This document shows, one piece after another, positions 10,045-21,262 of a stretch of 64,000 nucleotides of DNA (the first letter of the stretch is position 1; each line of letters starts with the position of its first letter). The notes beneath the pieces were generated by a model. That model was not told where the DNA came from, did no database searches, and worked only from the letters and a program-made list of their open reading frames with translations. This stretch comes from Thiothrix sp. (GTDB lineage Bacteria > Pseudomonadota > Gammaproteobacteria > Poriferisulfidales > GCA-002705445). Location: NCBI GenBank assembly GCA_038141665.1, contig JAYQIN010000002.1, forward strand, positions 121,098-185,097. Direction: 5' to 3'. The position numbers and the translations under genes are program-made.

Positions 10045-11289
10045 ATGAAAGACACTAACACATACAATACTTTAAAATATAGCTTAATAGCCTTCCCTTT
10101 GGCATTTGCTGGAATACCTATATATCTTCATGCTCCAGACTATTATGTTACAAATATAGGCATTAAGATTGAGATAATAGGATTTGCGCTTCTACTATTG
10201 AGACTTGTTGATGCAATTTTAGATCCACTTATCGGTTCATTGAGTGATCAATTTTATAAATATAGAGATAAAATAATATACCTTGGGTCTTTTTTATTAA
10301 TACTTGGATTTTGGATGATTTTTCATCCGTCAAATATAAATATTATTTTATGGTTTTCTTTGAGTGTATTTCTATGTACTTTGGGATTCAGCATAATTGC
10401 TATAAATATCCAGGCTTTTGGTGGATTATGGAATATTCCAGCTCCACAAGTTACAAAAATTATTATTACAAGAGAAGCAGTTGGTATATTTGGTTTACTT
10501 GTTGCTTCAATAGTACCATCTCTACTTTATTTAACTTATAAAGATAATAATTTCCATATCCTATCAATTATATTGATATTTATAATGATGATTTCTCTTA
10601 TGGCCTTTTATAGCTGGTTTAAATCCTCAGAACTAAAATCTCCCATTAAGCTTAATAATAGAAGATCTATGAAAGTTATTTTTACAAATAAAAAAGTAAG
10701 ATTATTTTTTACCTCGTATTTTTTTAGCTGTTTTGCGTCAGCAATTCCGGCAACATTAATTATATTTTATGTCAGGGATTATCTGTTGGCAGAAAAATTT
10801 TTAGGGCTATTTTTATTGATCTATTTTGCTAGCGGGGCCTTATCCATGCCGATATGGAAAAATATAGCTACTAGATCTAATTGTATATGTGCATGGTTAT
10901 ATAGTATGATTTTTGCTACTTTTTCATTCATTTGGGCTTTTTTTCTTGAGCCAAACGATATATTAGGGTTTTTTACCATTTGTTTATTTTCTGGGATGGC
11001 TGTTGGAGCAAATCTTGGTCTACCATCAGCGATAATTGCAGAATTTATTAATTCAAATAAAAATGAGAATTATGCTGCAAGTTATTATTCTATAAGTAAT
11101 TTTTTATCAAAATTTGCTTTAGCTATTGCTTCTGGTGTCGCTTTGCCCATACTTGGTTTCATGGGTTATGAAGCTGGAATAGCCAGAACAGACTATTTAT
11201 TTCCGTTCACCTATGCTTTTTTACCGTGTGTTTTGCAGATAATCTCTATATTGCTACTTCGAAGAATTATTGCTTCAAATAATAGCTAG
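10045..11289 (+). CDS. MFS transporter, GPH/MFS_2 family (type usually linked to cfa/DUF1365 clusters)
   Basis: About 12 TM helices, AFPLAFAGIPIY, RLVDAILDPLIGSLSD, FASAIPATLIIFYV. Confidence 0.85.
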   Translation: MKDTNTYNTLKYSLIAFPLAFAGIPIYLHAPDYYVTNIGIKIEIIGFALLLLRLVDAILDPLIGSLSDQFYKYRDKIIYLGSFLLILGFWMIFHPSNINIILWFSLSVFLCTLGFSIIAINIQAFGGLWNIPAPQVTKIIITREAVGIFGLLVASIVPSLLYLTYKDNNFHILSIILIFIMMISLMAFYSWFKSSELKSPIKLNNRRSMKVIFTNKKVRLFFTSYFFSCFASAIPATLIIFYVRDYLLAEKFLGLFLLIYFASGALSMPIWKNIATRSNCICAWLYSMIFATFSFIWAFFLEPNDILGFFTICLFSGMAVGANLGLPSAIIAEFINSNKNENYAASYYSISNFLSKFALAIASGVALPILGFMGYEAGIARTDYLFPFTYAFLPCVLQIISILLLRRIIASNNS

Positions 11290-11433
11290 AATCAAGGTTA
11301 TATCAGGTTTTAACAAAATGTAAATTGAATGAATGTATTTTATATTAGTTAAAAGTGTATTATTATAAGTTATAAATATAATATTCTTGGAAAAAAATTT
11401 AGTTTAATTTCATAGAGTGGAAAAGGAGAGGAG

Positions 11434-13680
11434 ATGGCAGCTAAACCAAAAGATTTTTCTAGTTCGGTAGTTAATTATATACCAAAAATAAAACCACCAG
11501 AGGGACACTCAATTCATCACGTCTGTTGTCCGCATGATTGTCCAGACACATGTTCAATGTTAGTTACAAGGAATGATAAGACCGGAAAAGCTGTAAGTGT
11601 TCAGGGAGATCCATCGCATCCTATTACCAAAGGCTACCTATGTAACAAAGTTAATCATTATATTGATTTAGTTTATAACGAAAATAGAGTTATGTATCCT
11701 CATAAGAGAGTTGGGCCAAAAGGACCAAATGCAAAGTTTGAAAGAATATCATGGGATGAAGCCCTTGATGAAATTACACAAAATTTTAAAGAAACCATAG
11801 AAAAATATGGTAGTGAAGCTGTTCAACCATTTTCCTACTCTGGAACTCTAGGAATGCTAGGTTACTGGACAATGGATAATAGATTCTGGAATAAAATGGA
11901 GGCAGCAAGATTAGAGCAGTCCATCTGCATCTATGCAGCTATGTGGGCAGGATTATATACATATGGTTTAGCAAATGGCCCTCATGTAGGTGAGGCGGCA
12001 AGAGATGGATGTGAGCTTATGATTTTATGGGGAGCAAACTTGGTTAGCACAGGGGTACATTCAATACCATTTATCAGGGAAGCTCAAGATAGAGGTATGA
12101 AACTGGTTGTGGTAGACCCAAGAAAAACAAGAACAACAATGATGTGTGATTGGCACATACAACCTAAACCAGGAACAGATGCATTTTTAGCTAACGCAAT
12201 GATAAAAGTTATTGTAGATAATAATTTGCATGATGTTGATTTTTTAAACGAACAGACACATGGTTGGGAGGAGTTTGTAGAAAAAATACTTCCAAAATAT
12301 ACTCTAGAGGAAGCTGAAAAAGTTACTGGTGTAAAAGCAAGCGAAATTGAAAAACTTGCTGTTGAATATGCAAAAACAAAAAAATCATATATCAGAGCTA
12401 ATTATGGTTTAAATAGACATCAAAACTCAGGCCAAATGTGTAGAGCAGTTTTAATTCTCCCTTGTTTTAATGGATCCTGGAGAGAAGAGTGTGGTGGTGC
12501 TGCGTTTGGCCAACTAGAAGAAATGTGGTTGCGATTTGATTTAGGTAAATTACAAAGACCAGATTTAGGAAATAGAGCTGAAAAAAGAGTAGTAAATATG
12601 GTTCAGATTGGAAGAGCACTTGCTGATAATATTGGCGTTGACGGTGAGCAGCTTGACCCACCAATTAAGTCGTTATTTGTATACAACAGTGATATTGCTA
12701 ATTGCACACCAAACAGTGGAAATGTTAGAAAAGGAATGTCTCGCGATGATTTATTTGTCGCAGTTCATGAAACATTTTGGACCGACTCATGCATGTATGC
12801 TGATATTGTGCTTCCGGCAGATACTGCTTTAGAAAGAATGGATTGTCATTGGGCTTATGGCTCATGGTTTTTGGGTGTTGCAAAACCAGTGATTGAGCCT
12901 TTGGGCGAGAGTATAAACAACACTGAGTTATTTAGAATGCTAGCGAAAAAAATGAATTATGTTGATTCAAATGATAATGCATTTACACAAACTGATGAAG
13001 AGATCATTAAAGATATTCTAATTGAGGCAAATAATGAGGATGGAGAGAGATTTAATTGCTTAACTGAAGGAATAAATTATGATGATTTAGTGAAAAATGG
13101 CTGGGCTAGGGCATCAACAAATTCTAAAAGAAGAGATTTTTTAAATAATGGTTGGGAAACTCCAAGTAAAAAAATTGAAATAAAGTGTGAAGCAATCACT
13201 GAAGCTTATCCTGATGTTAGTCCTTTTCCAGAGTATGTGCCTGAAATCCATGGACAAGAGGATCCTTTAAGATCTAAGTATCCAATACAAGTTTTAAGTA
13301 GTGCGTCACATTATTTTATTGGAGATTCTTTTCAATCAGTCCCAAGATTACAGGCAATGCAATCAAGGCCTACAGTCGAACTTAGCATAAAAGATGCAAA
13401 ACAGAGAGATATTAAAGATGGCGATTTAGTAAGACTTTATAATGATAATGGAGAGACATATTGTTATGCGGTAATAATTGATGGTTTATTAGATGGAGTT
13501 TGCGCTACACAAAAACAATTTAAAGGAAGTAATACGCCGGGCGGACTTAATGTTAATGTATTAAATTCAGAAATGTTGACAGATTTTGGAATGAGTCCAA
13601 CTTTTTATTCAGTTTTAGTAGAAATTGAAAAAGCAAGTGATGAAATGATAGAAAACGCTGTTAAGCAAGGAGTAGTATAA
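11434..13680 (+). CDS. Molybdopterin (DMSO reductase superfamily) oxidoreductase, cytoplasmic, uncharacterised YoaE-like subgroup
   Basis: N-terminal Fe-S motif CPHDCPDTC..GYLC, ISWDEAL, SIC (probable Cys Mo ligand), WGAN, ADIVLPA, C-terminal molydop-binding domain; no Tat signal. Confidence 0.92.
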   Translation: MAAKPKDFSSSVVNYIPKIKPPEGHSIHHVCCPHDCPDTCSMLVTRNDKTGKAVSVQGDPSHPITKGYLCNKVNHYIDLVYNENRVMYPHKRVGPKGPNAKFERISWDEALDEITQNFKETIEKYGSEAVQPFSYSGTLGMLGYWTMDNRFWNKMEAARLEQSICIYAAMWAGLYTYGLANGPHVGEAARDGCELMILWGANLVSTGVHSIPFIREAQDRGMKLVVVDPRKTRTTMMCDWHIQPKPGTDAFLANAMIKVIVDNNLHDVDFLNEQTHGWEEFVEKILPKYTLEEAEKVTGVKASEIEKLAVEYAKTKKSYIRANYGLNRHQNSGQMCRAVLILPCFNGSWREECGGAAFGQLEEMWLRFDLGKLQRPDLGNRAEKRVVNMVQIGRALADNIGVDGEQLDPPIKSLFVYNSDIANCTPNSGNVRKGMSRDDLFVAVHETFWTDSCMYADIVLPADTALERMDCHWAYGSWFLGVAKPVIEPLGESINNTELFRMLAKKMNYVDSNDNAFTQTDEEIIKDILIEANNEDGERFNCLTEGINYDDLVKNGWARASTNSKRRDFLNNGWETPSKKIEIKCEAITEAYPDVSPFPEYVPEIHGQEDPLRSKYPIQVLSSASHYFIGDSFQSVPRLQAMQSRPTVELSIKDAKQRDIKDGDLVRLYNDNGETYCYAVIIDGLLDGVCATQKQFKGSNTPGGLNVNVLNSEMLTDFGMSPTFYSVLVEIEKASDEMIENAVKQGVV

Positions 13681-14823
13681 ATGTCATCAGTATCAAATTT
13701 TGTTTATCCAAAAAATGGTGTACCAAGTTCGAAAAGCAAGATTAATTCTGCACCAAATCCAGATGTTCAAAATAGTAGAGTTAAAATAAATGAGGCTGTT
13801 GTAAAATCAATGGATAATTTAACAAGTGACACATATAAGCTTGTCATAAAATGTCACGACGATGCATTGCCTTTTAATTCTCATGCTGGACAGTACGCAA
13901 CCTTAAAGGTAGATGGTTTAGACAAGCCAAGAGCTTACTCGTTTGCAAAATCTCCTAAGAGTGAAAATAAAAATGAGTATACTTTTTTTATTAGACAGGT
14001 TCCTGGAGGAGAATTTTCAAATTGGCTTGATAAAAATAGAACAGGCGAAAAAATTATAATTTCAGCACCATTAGGTTACTTTAAATTAGATGATTCGAAG
14101 GATGATATGGTCTGCATTGCTGGAGGAAGTGGAATGAGTGCGGTAAATGCAATAGTTGAAGAAGCAATTCATCAAAAAGTAAAAAGAAATTGTTATTTTT
14201 TCTACGGAGCAAGAACTCAAAATGATTTGTATTTAGTTGATGAATTAACAAAAATATCAGAGAAATGGGATAAAGATTTTAAATTTGAATTTGTTCCAGT
14301 GTTAAGTGAAGAGCCTGAAGATTCAGATTGGGATGGGGCAAGAGGCTTCGTTACTGATTATTTTAAAAATAATTATTTAGAAAAGGGAATTGTTTCAGCT
14401 GATTCATGCAAAGCCTTTTTTTGTGGACCTCCACCAATGATAGATGCTGGTGCAAAAGTTCTTAAAGAAGCTGGAGTAGCTGAAAGCTCTATGTTTTTTG
14501 ATAAATTTGAAGATGCTAGATCACCTGCACCAGTAATTGATAACTCTAAATGCGTATTATGCGATGAGTGTCTTTTAGTAAAGCCAACTGCTGGTTGTAT
14601 AGTAGAAACTGCAAAACTAGGTAAATTAAAAGATAATGGTAAGTATGCTGATATTGAAAGGATAGATCCGGCCTATACATCTGGTCTGTACTATAATACT
14701 TTATACATTAACGAAGATGAATGTATAAGATGCTACGCGTGTGTGCATGCATGCCCAGCAAAAGCAATATCTCCTCAATATGATTTAGAACCAAAAACAT
14801 TGAGAGAAACAGTAGAAACTTAA
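13681..14823 (+). CDS. FAD/NAD(P)H ferredoxin-reductase-type oxidoreductase with C-terminal 4Fe-4S dicluster domain
   Basis: RAYSFA, GGEFS, IAGGSGMS, FYGART, CGPPPMID, FDKF, then CVLCDEC...CI and CIRCYACVHACP. Confidence 0.9.
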   Translation: MSSVSNFVYPKNGVPSSKSKINSAPNPDVQNSRVKINEAVVKSMDNLTSDTYKLVIKCHDDALPFNSHAGQYATLKVDGLDKPRAYSFAKSPKSENKNEYTFFIRQVPGGEFSNWLDKNRTGEKIIISAPLGYFKLDDSKDDMVCIAGGSGMSAVNAIVEEAIHQKVKRNCYFFYGARTQNDLYLVDELTKISEKWDKDFKFEFVPVLSEEPEDSDWDGARGFVTDYFKNNYLEKGIVSADSCKAFFCGPPPMIDAGAKVLKEAGVAESSMFFDKFEDARSPAPVIDNSKCVLCDECLLVKPTAGCIVETAKLGKLKDNGKYADIERIDPAYTSGLYYNTLYINEDECIRCYACVHACPAKAISPQYDLEPKTLRETVET

Positions 14824-14892
14824 TTATTAAAAATAGTATTTTTTGGGTAAAAATAAAAAAATAATAATAGTAAAATAAGAGGAGCGAACTCT

Positions 14893-16098
14893 ATGAACGA
14901 AGCAAATACTGCGTGGATTCTTGTATCCACCGCATTAGTACTTTTAATGACATTACCTGGTTTAGCACTTTTTTATGCAGGTCTTGTTGGGTCAAAAAAC
15001 ACACTATCAACTTTAGCTCAATGTTTTGTTATAGCATGTATAGCATCAATAATATGGTTTGTATGTGGTTATTCTATAGCATTTACTGGTGATGGGCCGT
15101 TTTTTGGTAGTTTTGATAAGATATTTTTATCAGGGATAACAATAGATTCACTTTCTGGCGATATTCCGGAAACTTTATTTGTCATGTTTCAAATGACATT
15201 TGCAATAATTACTCCAGCACTAATTGTAGGTGCTTTCGTAGAAAGGATAAAATTTTCAGCTGTAATATTAATTACGGCAATTTGGTTGATACTAGTATAC
15301 AGTCCTGTAACTCATTGGGTGTGGGGCGGCGGTTGGCTTGCACAGATGGGTGTTATGGATTTTGCCGGTGGACTAGTAGTTCATACTACGGCTGGTATTT
15401 CAGCTTTGGTTATAGCAAAATCATTAGGCTCCAGAAATGGATTTCCTAAGTCAATCAAACCTCCGCATAGTCCAGTAATAGCTATGATTGGTGCTGCTTT
15501 ACTATGGGTTGGATGGTTCGGTTTTAATGCTGGCTCAGCCTTGGCTGCAAACCAAAATGCAGCAATGGCTATGCTGGTCACTCATATTTCTGCAGCAGCA
15601 GCTACTATAACTTGGATGTTTATTGATTGGTATAAAAATGGTAAACCAGGATTAGTTGGCATGATTACAGGAATGGTTGCAGGACTAGCGACTGTAACTC
15701 CGGCATCTGGATTCATTGGTCCAGTAGGTGGACTAATACTTGGTATTTCTTCAGGAGCGGTATGTTATTGGTTCGTTGGCTTTGTTAAAACATCTTTAAA
15801 TATAGATGATTCCCTTGATGTTTTTGCAGTTCACGGTGTAGGAGGAATTTTAGGAGCTTTATTATGTGGTTTGCTAGCAACAGAGGGTTTTGGCGGTTTA
15901 GGCTTAGAGCCAACAGTTTGGGAGCAAACAAAAGTACAAATTATTGGTATTGCAAGTGTAGCTGTTTACACATTTGTTGTGACAAAGATAATTGTAATTA
16001 TCACAGAAAAATTAGTTGGCTTGCGTGTATCAGAACAAGAAGAAAATACAGAAGGCTTAGATTTTGGTAGTCACGGCGAGAGTAGCTATCATTTGTAA
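14893..16098 (+). CDS. amtB: Ammonium transporter
   Basis: FQMTFAIIT, HWVWGGGWL, DFAGGLVVH, LWVGWFGFNAGS, DDSLDVFAVHG. Confidence 0.97.
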   Translation: MNEANTAWILVSTALVLLMTLPGLALFYAGLVGSKNTLSTLAQCFVIACIASIIWFVCGYSIAFTGDGPFFGSFDKIFLSGITIDSLSGDIPETLFVMFQMTFAIITPALIVGAFVERIKFSAVILITAIWLILVYSPVTHWVWGGGWLAQMGVMDFAGGLVVHTTAGISALVIAKSLGSRNGFPKSIKPPHSPVIAMIGAALLWVGWFGFNAGSALAANQNAAMAMLVTHISAAAATITWMFIDWYKNGKPGLVGMITGMVAGLATVTPASGFIGPVGGLILGISSGAVCYWFVGFVKTSLNIDDSLDVFAVHGVGGILGALLCGLLATEGFGGLGLEPTVWEQTKVQIIGIASVAVYTFVVTKIIVIITEKLVGLRVSEQEENTEGLDFGSHGESSYHL

Positions 16099-16105
16099 GT
16101 TTTAT

Positions 16106-17563
16106 TTATAAAATTTCTTTATTTTTTTGAAGTTTTCTTATTTCATTTATTTTGGAAGAAATTCTTTCATCTACCATTTTGCCTTTCATATTATATTTCA
16201 AAGCAAGCTTGTAATATTTAATTGCCGAAGTAAAACTTCCTAGTAGTTTTAAATAATCACCACGGTATTCATGACCTAGAGATTGTTCTTTAAGTTTGTA
16301 TGCAGCCTCACTAATTTTTATTATCAACCTATGGTCTTTATGCTCTATAACATAAGGTAATAATTTATTTATAACTTCCTTAAATTGTTTATTACTCATA
16401 TAAGCGTTTGATAAATAATATAAAATTGTAGAATCAGTAGGGTAAATATCATTTAAATTTTCAAGTAACTTTACTGCCTCTTTATAATTACTTTCTTTTA
16501 TGTAAATTTCAGAAAGGGCTATAGAAATATAATTTTTTATAATATAAAGTTGATTTTTATTTTTTACAGTTTTAAGTAAATTATTTAATACAATTTTTCC
16601 ATCCTTATATTTTTTTTCTTTAATTAGTGCAAGTCCGTATGCATAATCATCAACGATTCTACCTGGTGATGTTTCAGTTAATTTTGGCAAATAATTATAG
16701 TTTTTGATGAAATTTCTTGTATTAATTTTTTCTATTGATACTTTCACGGACGTAAATTGATAAGCAAAACTATCATTTGTGAAGTTACCTTTATATTTAG
16801 AAGCAAGACTTTGTGTCTCTGCAATTCTGTTTTTTGTTAATGGATGAGTTCGTAAAAACTCTAATGCACCACCTTCATTACTTTCTTTTTGCAAGGTTTT
16901 AAAAAATTCACTCATTGCATTAGGATTTATATTTGCATTCACTAAAATACTAATAGCTAACCTATCGGCTTCCTTCTCGTTCTCTCTAATAAAATTTGTC
17001 AATTGAGAAGCCTTAACACTTTGCGTTGTAACTAAAGTTTTACCCAATGCTCCGGTGCTATAAGTGCCAGCAATTACAGTTGCTAACACTGATAAAGCAG
17101 TTGAAATATTAACTTTTGATGATTCTTCGTGCATCCTTGATAAATGCCTTGCTTTGACATGTGCTATTTCATGAGCTAAGACACTTGCAAGCTCAGCTTC
17201 AGTTTTAGTTTTCCGAATTAACCCAGAATTTATAACAATCACTCCACCTGGAGTTGCAAAAGCATTAATTGAGGCATCGTTTGCCACTAAAAATTTATAC
17301 TTTATTGGGCTATTATAATCAGATACTAGCAGTCTATTTCCAAGCATTTGTACATAGCTTGTAATTAATGGATCAGATATTAAATTAAAAGAGCCTAATA
17401 TTTGAGAATATATAATATCACCAAGTTTATTTTCTTGGGATATGCTCATGAATCTCGAGGATGTATCTCCAATAGTAGGTACTTTAATGCTATGAGCAAA
17501 GGAATGTCCAGCGATACCCATCATAAAAGTAATAATTACCAATATATTTTTAATTACTTTCAT
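16106..17563 (-). CDS. bepA: M48 metalloprotease BepA/YfgC-like with TPRs
   Basis: INAFATPGG, LAHEIAHV, EKEADRL, EFLRTHP; divergent from tusA. Confidence 0.9.
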   Translation of the reverse strand: MKVIKNILVIITFMMGIAGHSFAHSIKVPTIGDTSSRFMSISQENKLGDIIYSQILGSFNLISDPLITSYVQMLGNRLLVSDYNSPIKYKFLVANDASINAFATPGGVIVINSGLIRKTKTEAELASVLAHEIAHVKARHLSRMHEESSKVNISTALSVLATVIAGTYSTGALGKTLVTTQSVKASQLTNFIRENEKEADRLAISILVNANINPNAMSEFFKTLQKESNEGGALEFLRTHPLTKNRIAETQSLASKYKGNFTNDSFAYQFTSVKVSIEKINTRNFIKNYNYLPKLTETSPGRIVDDYAYGLALIKEKKYKDGKIVLNNLLKTVKNKNQLYIIKNYISIALSEIYIKESNYKEAVKLLENLNDIYPTDSTILYYLSNAYMSNKQFKEVINKLLPYVIEHKDHRLIIKISEAAYKLKEQSLGHEYRGDYLKLLGSFTSAIKYYKLALKYNMKGKMVDERISSKINEIRKLQKNKEIL

Positions 17564-17698
17564 ATGTACTTACTATTTTTTATAATGATTATGTTTGTGT
17601 TTACACTTAACTATAATAAGTATATCCTATTTCGCTTATGTAGACACATAAGGAAAATAAACGTTAATTTAGTTAAAAAATAGATACGGAGATTTAAT

Positions 17699-17929
17699 AT
17701 GGCCGAATATGACCAAGAATTAGATGCATGTGGGTTAAACTGCCCATTACCAATACTTAGAGCTAAAAAATCACTGTCTTCAATGGAAACAGGGCAGATA
17801 TTACATGTTGTTGCTACAGATCCAGGAGCAATTAAAGATTTTGAAGCTTTTTCTAATCAAACAGGGAATAAACTTATGGATTCTAAAGAGGATAGCGGTA
17901 AATTTTACTTTCTAATTCAGAAAGCTTAA
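17699..17929 (+). CDS. tusA: Sulfur carrier TusA/SirA family
   Basis: LDACGLNCPLPILRAKK, TDPGA. Confidence 0.93.
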   Translation: MAEYDQELDACGLNCPLPILRAKKSLSSMETGQILHVVATDPGAIKDFEAFSNQTGNKLMDSKEDSGKFYFLIQKA

Positions 17930-17950
17930 GCAATAATTTACACAAACTTA

Positions 17951-19666
17951 ATGAAGCAAAATATTGATAATAAACAAGAAAAATATACTGGTGCTGAAAT
18001 TTTTGTTAAATGTCTGGAAGCAGAGGGCATTGACTTAGTTTTTGGTTATCCGGGTGGCGCAGTCTTGCATATATATGATGAGCTTCATAAGCAAAACGAC
18101 GTTTCTCATATTTTAGTAAGGCACGAACAAGGCGCAGTTCATGCTGCAGAAGGCTACGCTAAATCATCAGATAAACCAGGGGTAGTTTTGGTAACCTCAG
18201 GGCCAGGAGCAACTAATGCTATCACAGGCATAGCAGATGCATATATGGATTCTGTTCCAATCGTAGTTTTTACTGGCCAAGTAAGGACAGCTTTAATTGG
18301 AAATGACGCTTTTCAGGAAGTTGATACTGTTGGCATAACTAGACCATGTGTAAAGCATAATTTTATGATTACAGATGTTAAAGATATGGCTTCTACAATT
18401 AAAAAAGCTTTTTATGTTGCTTCATCAGGACGTCCAGGACCAGTAGTTGTTGATATTCCAAAAGATATTACAGAAGATATGTGCGAATTTGATTATCCTT
18501 CTAAAGTCTCGATGAGATCATATAATCCTAATATAGAGATTAATGAAAATGCAGTAGATATTGCTGTAGATAAAATTTTAAAAAGCAAAAAACCAGTGAT
18601 TTATGCTGGTGGTGGCGTGATAAATAGTAATGCCTCTAGCGAACTGACTGAGCTTGCTAGATATCTTAACTTTCCTGTTACAAATACTTTAATGGGTTTG
18701 GGTTGTTATCCTGGTGATGACCCACAATTTTTACAAATGCTCGGCATGCACGGATCATATGAAGCAAATATGGCAATGCATGATTGCGACTTGTTGATCG
18801 CAGTGGGCGCACGTTTTGATGACAGAATAACTGGTAGGTTAGATAAATTTAGTCCTGAAGCTACTGTAATTCATATTGATGTTGACCCTTCATCAATTTC
18901 AAAAAATATAAAAGCACACATACCTATAGTTGGTGATGTAAAAGGTGTAATTCAAAAAATTACAAATAGAGTCATACATAAAAAATTAAAGCCTCAAAAC
19001 ATTGATAAATGGTGGGAGCAGATAAATGATTGGAGAAAAAAGAAATCTTTTAAATACTCACAAGGTGATGACATAATAAAACCCCAGTTTGTTATTGACA
19101 GACTTTATGAAGTTACAAAAGGGGACGCTTTTATAACTTCTGATGTTGGGCAACATCAAATGTGGGCCGCTCAATTATATAAATTTAATAAACCTAAAAG
19201 ATGGATTAATTCCGGAGGTCTTGGAACCATGGGTTTTGGTTTACCTTCAGCAATGGGTGTTCAGTTTGCCAATACTGATTCACTTGTATGTTGTGTGACT
19301 GGTGAAGCAAGTATCCAAATGTGCATTCAAGAACTCTCGACTTGTTTACAATATGGCTTGCCCATAAAAATAATAAATTTAAATAATCGATATATGGGCA
19401 TGGTAAGACAGTGGCAAGAGTTTTTTTATGAAAAAAGATATGCAATGTCTTATATGGATGCTTTGCCAGACTTTGTTAAGCTCGCCGAAAGTTTTGGACA
19501 CATTGGTGTTAAAGTGGAAAAACCTTCTGATGTAGACGATGCTATAAAGGATGCAATAAAATTAAAAGACAGATTAGTTTTCTTAGATTTTATAACAGAT
19601 CAAAATGAAAATGTTTTTCCGATGATTGCTACTGGCGCAGCACACAATAAAATGATACTTTCCTAA
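17951..19666 (+). CDS. ilvI: Acetolactate synthase large subunit
   Basis: FGYPGGA, RHEQGA, TSGPGATN, MLGMHG, SGGLGTMGFG, GMVRQWQ. Confidence 0.97.
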   Translation: MKQNIDNKQEKYTGAEIFVKCLEAEGIDLVFGYPGGAVLHIYDELHKQNDVSHILVRHEQGAVHAAEGYAKSSDKPGVVLVTSGPGATNAITGIADAYMDSVPIVVFTGQVRTALIGNDAFQEVDTVGITRPCVKHNFMITDVKDMASTIKKAFYVASSGRPGPVVVDIPKDITEDMCEFDYPSKVSMRSYNPNIEINENAVDIAVDKILKSKKPVIYAGGGVINSNASSELTELARYLNFPVTNTLMGLGCYPGDDPQFLQMLGMHGSYEANMAMHDCDLLIAVGARFDDRITGRLDKFSPEATVIHIDVDPSSISKNIKAHIPIVGDVKGVIQKITNRVIHKKLKPQNIDKWWEQINDWRKKKSFKYSQGDDIIKPQFVIDRLYEVTKGDAFITSDVGQHQMWAAQLYKFNKPKRWINSGGLGTMGFGLPSAMGVQFANTDSLVCCVTGEASIQMCIQELSTCLQYGLPIKIINLNNRYMGMVRQWQEFFYEKRYAMSYMDALPDFVKLAESFGHIGVKVEKPSDVDDAIKDAIKLKDRLVFLDFITDQNENVFPMIATGAAHNKMILS

Positions 19667-19695
19667 AACTGAGTGAATATAAACATTGGTATAAT

Positions 19696-20166
19696 ATGAG
19701 ACATATAATTTCTGTACTACTTGAAAATGAGTCAGGAGCTCTTTCTAGAGTATCTGGTCTATTTTCAGCCAGAAGTTTTAATATCGAATCTTTGTCTGTT
19801 GCACCATCAGAGGATGCAACAACATCAAGAATGACGATTGTTACTTCTGGAGATGATCATATTATAGAACAGATAGTTAAGCAGCTTGATAAATTATTAG
19901 ATGTTATTGATGTTTCGGAAATTACTTCAAATGAGCATATAGAAAGAGAAATTGCGTTTGTTAAAATAAAGGAAAGTAGTATTGAAAAGTCCTTGATGGA
20001 AAAAATTTCAGATAATGAATTTTTAAAAGTACATAAGACAAATAATGGTGAAGTTATAGTAGAATGCGTTGATAGCCCAAAAAATATAAATATTTTTATA
20101 GAGTCAATAAAAAATATTGCTGAAAAAATTGTAAGGTCGGGTGCAGTTGGAATTAATAGTGATTAA
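19696..20166 (+). CDS. ilvH: Acetolactate synthase small subunit
   Basis: MRHIISVLLENESGALSRV..LFSARSFNIESL ACT domain. Confidence 0.96.
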   Translation: MRHIISVLLENESGALSRVSGLFSARSFNIESLSVAPSEDATTSRMTIVTSGDDHIIEQIVKQLDKLLDVIDVSEITSNEHIEREIAFVKIKESSIEKSLMEKISDNEFLKVHKTNNGEVIVECVDSPKNINIFIESIKNIAEKIVRSGAVGINSD

Positions 20167-21210
<1,044 letters not shown>

Positions 21211-21262
21211 GATATCATTTTAATAAATACATGTTATTTAAAAGGCAAATAAGGATAAAAAT

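Noticed and set aside
16106-17929. tusA as part of the molybdoenzyme locus
   Set aside because: The divergent bepA-tusA arrangement is common core synteny, so proximity is uninformative
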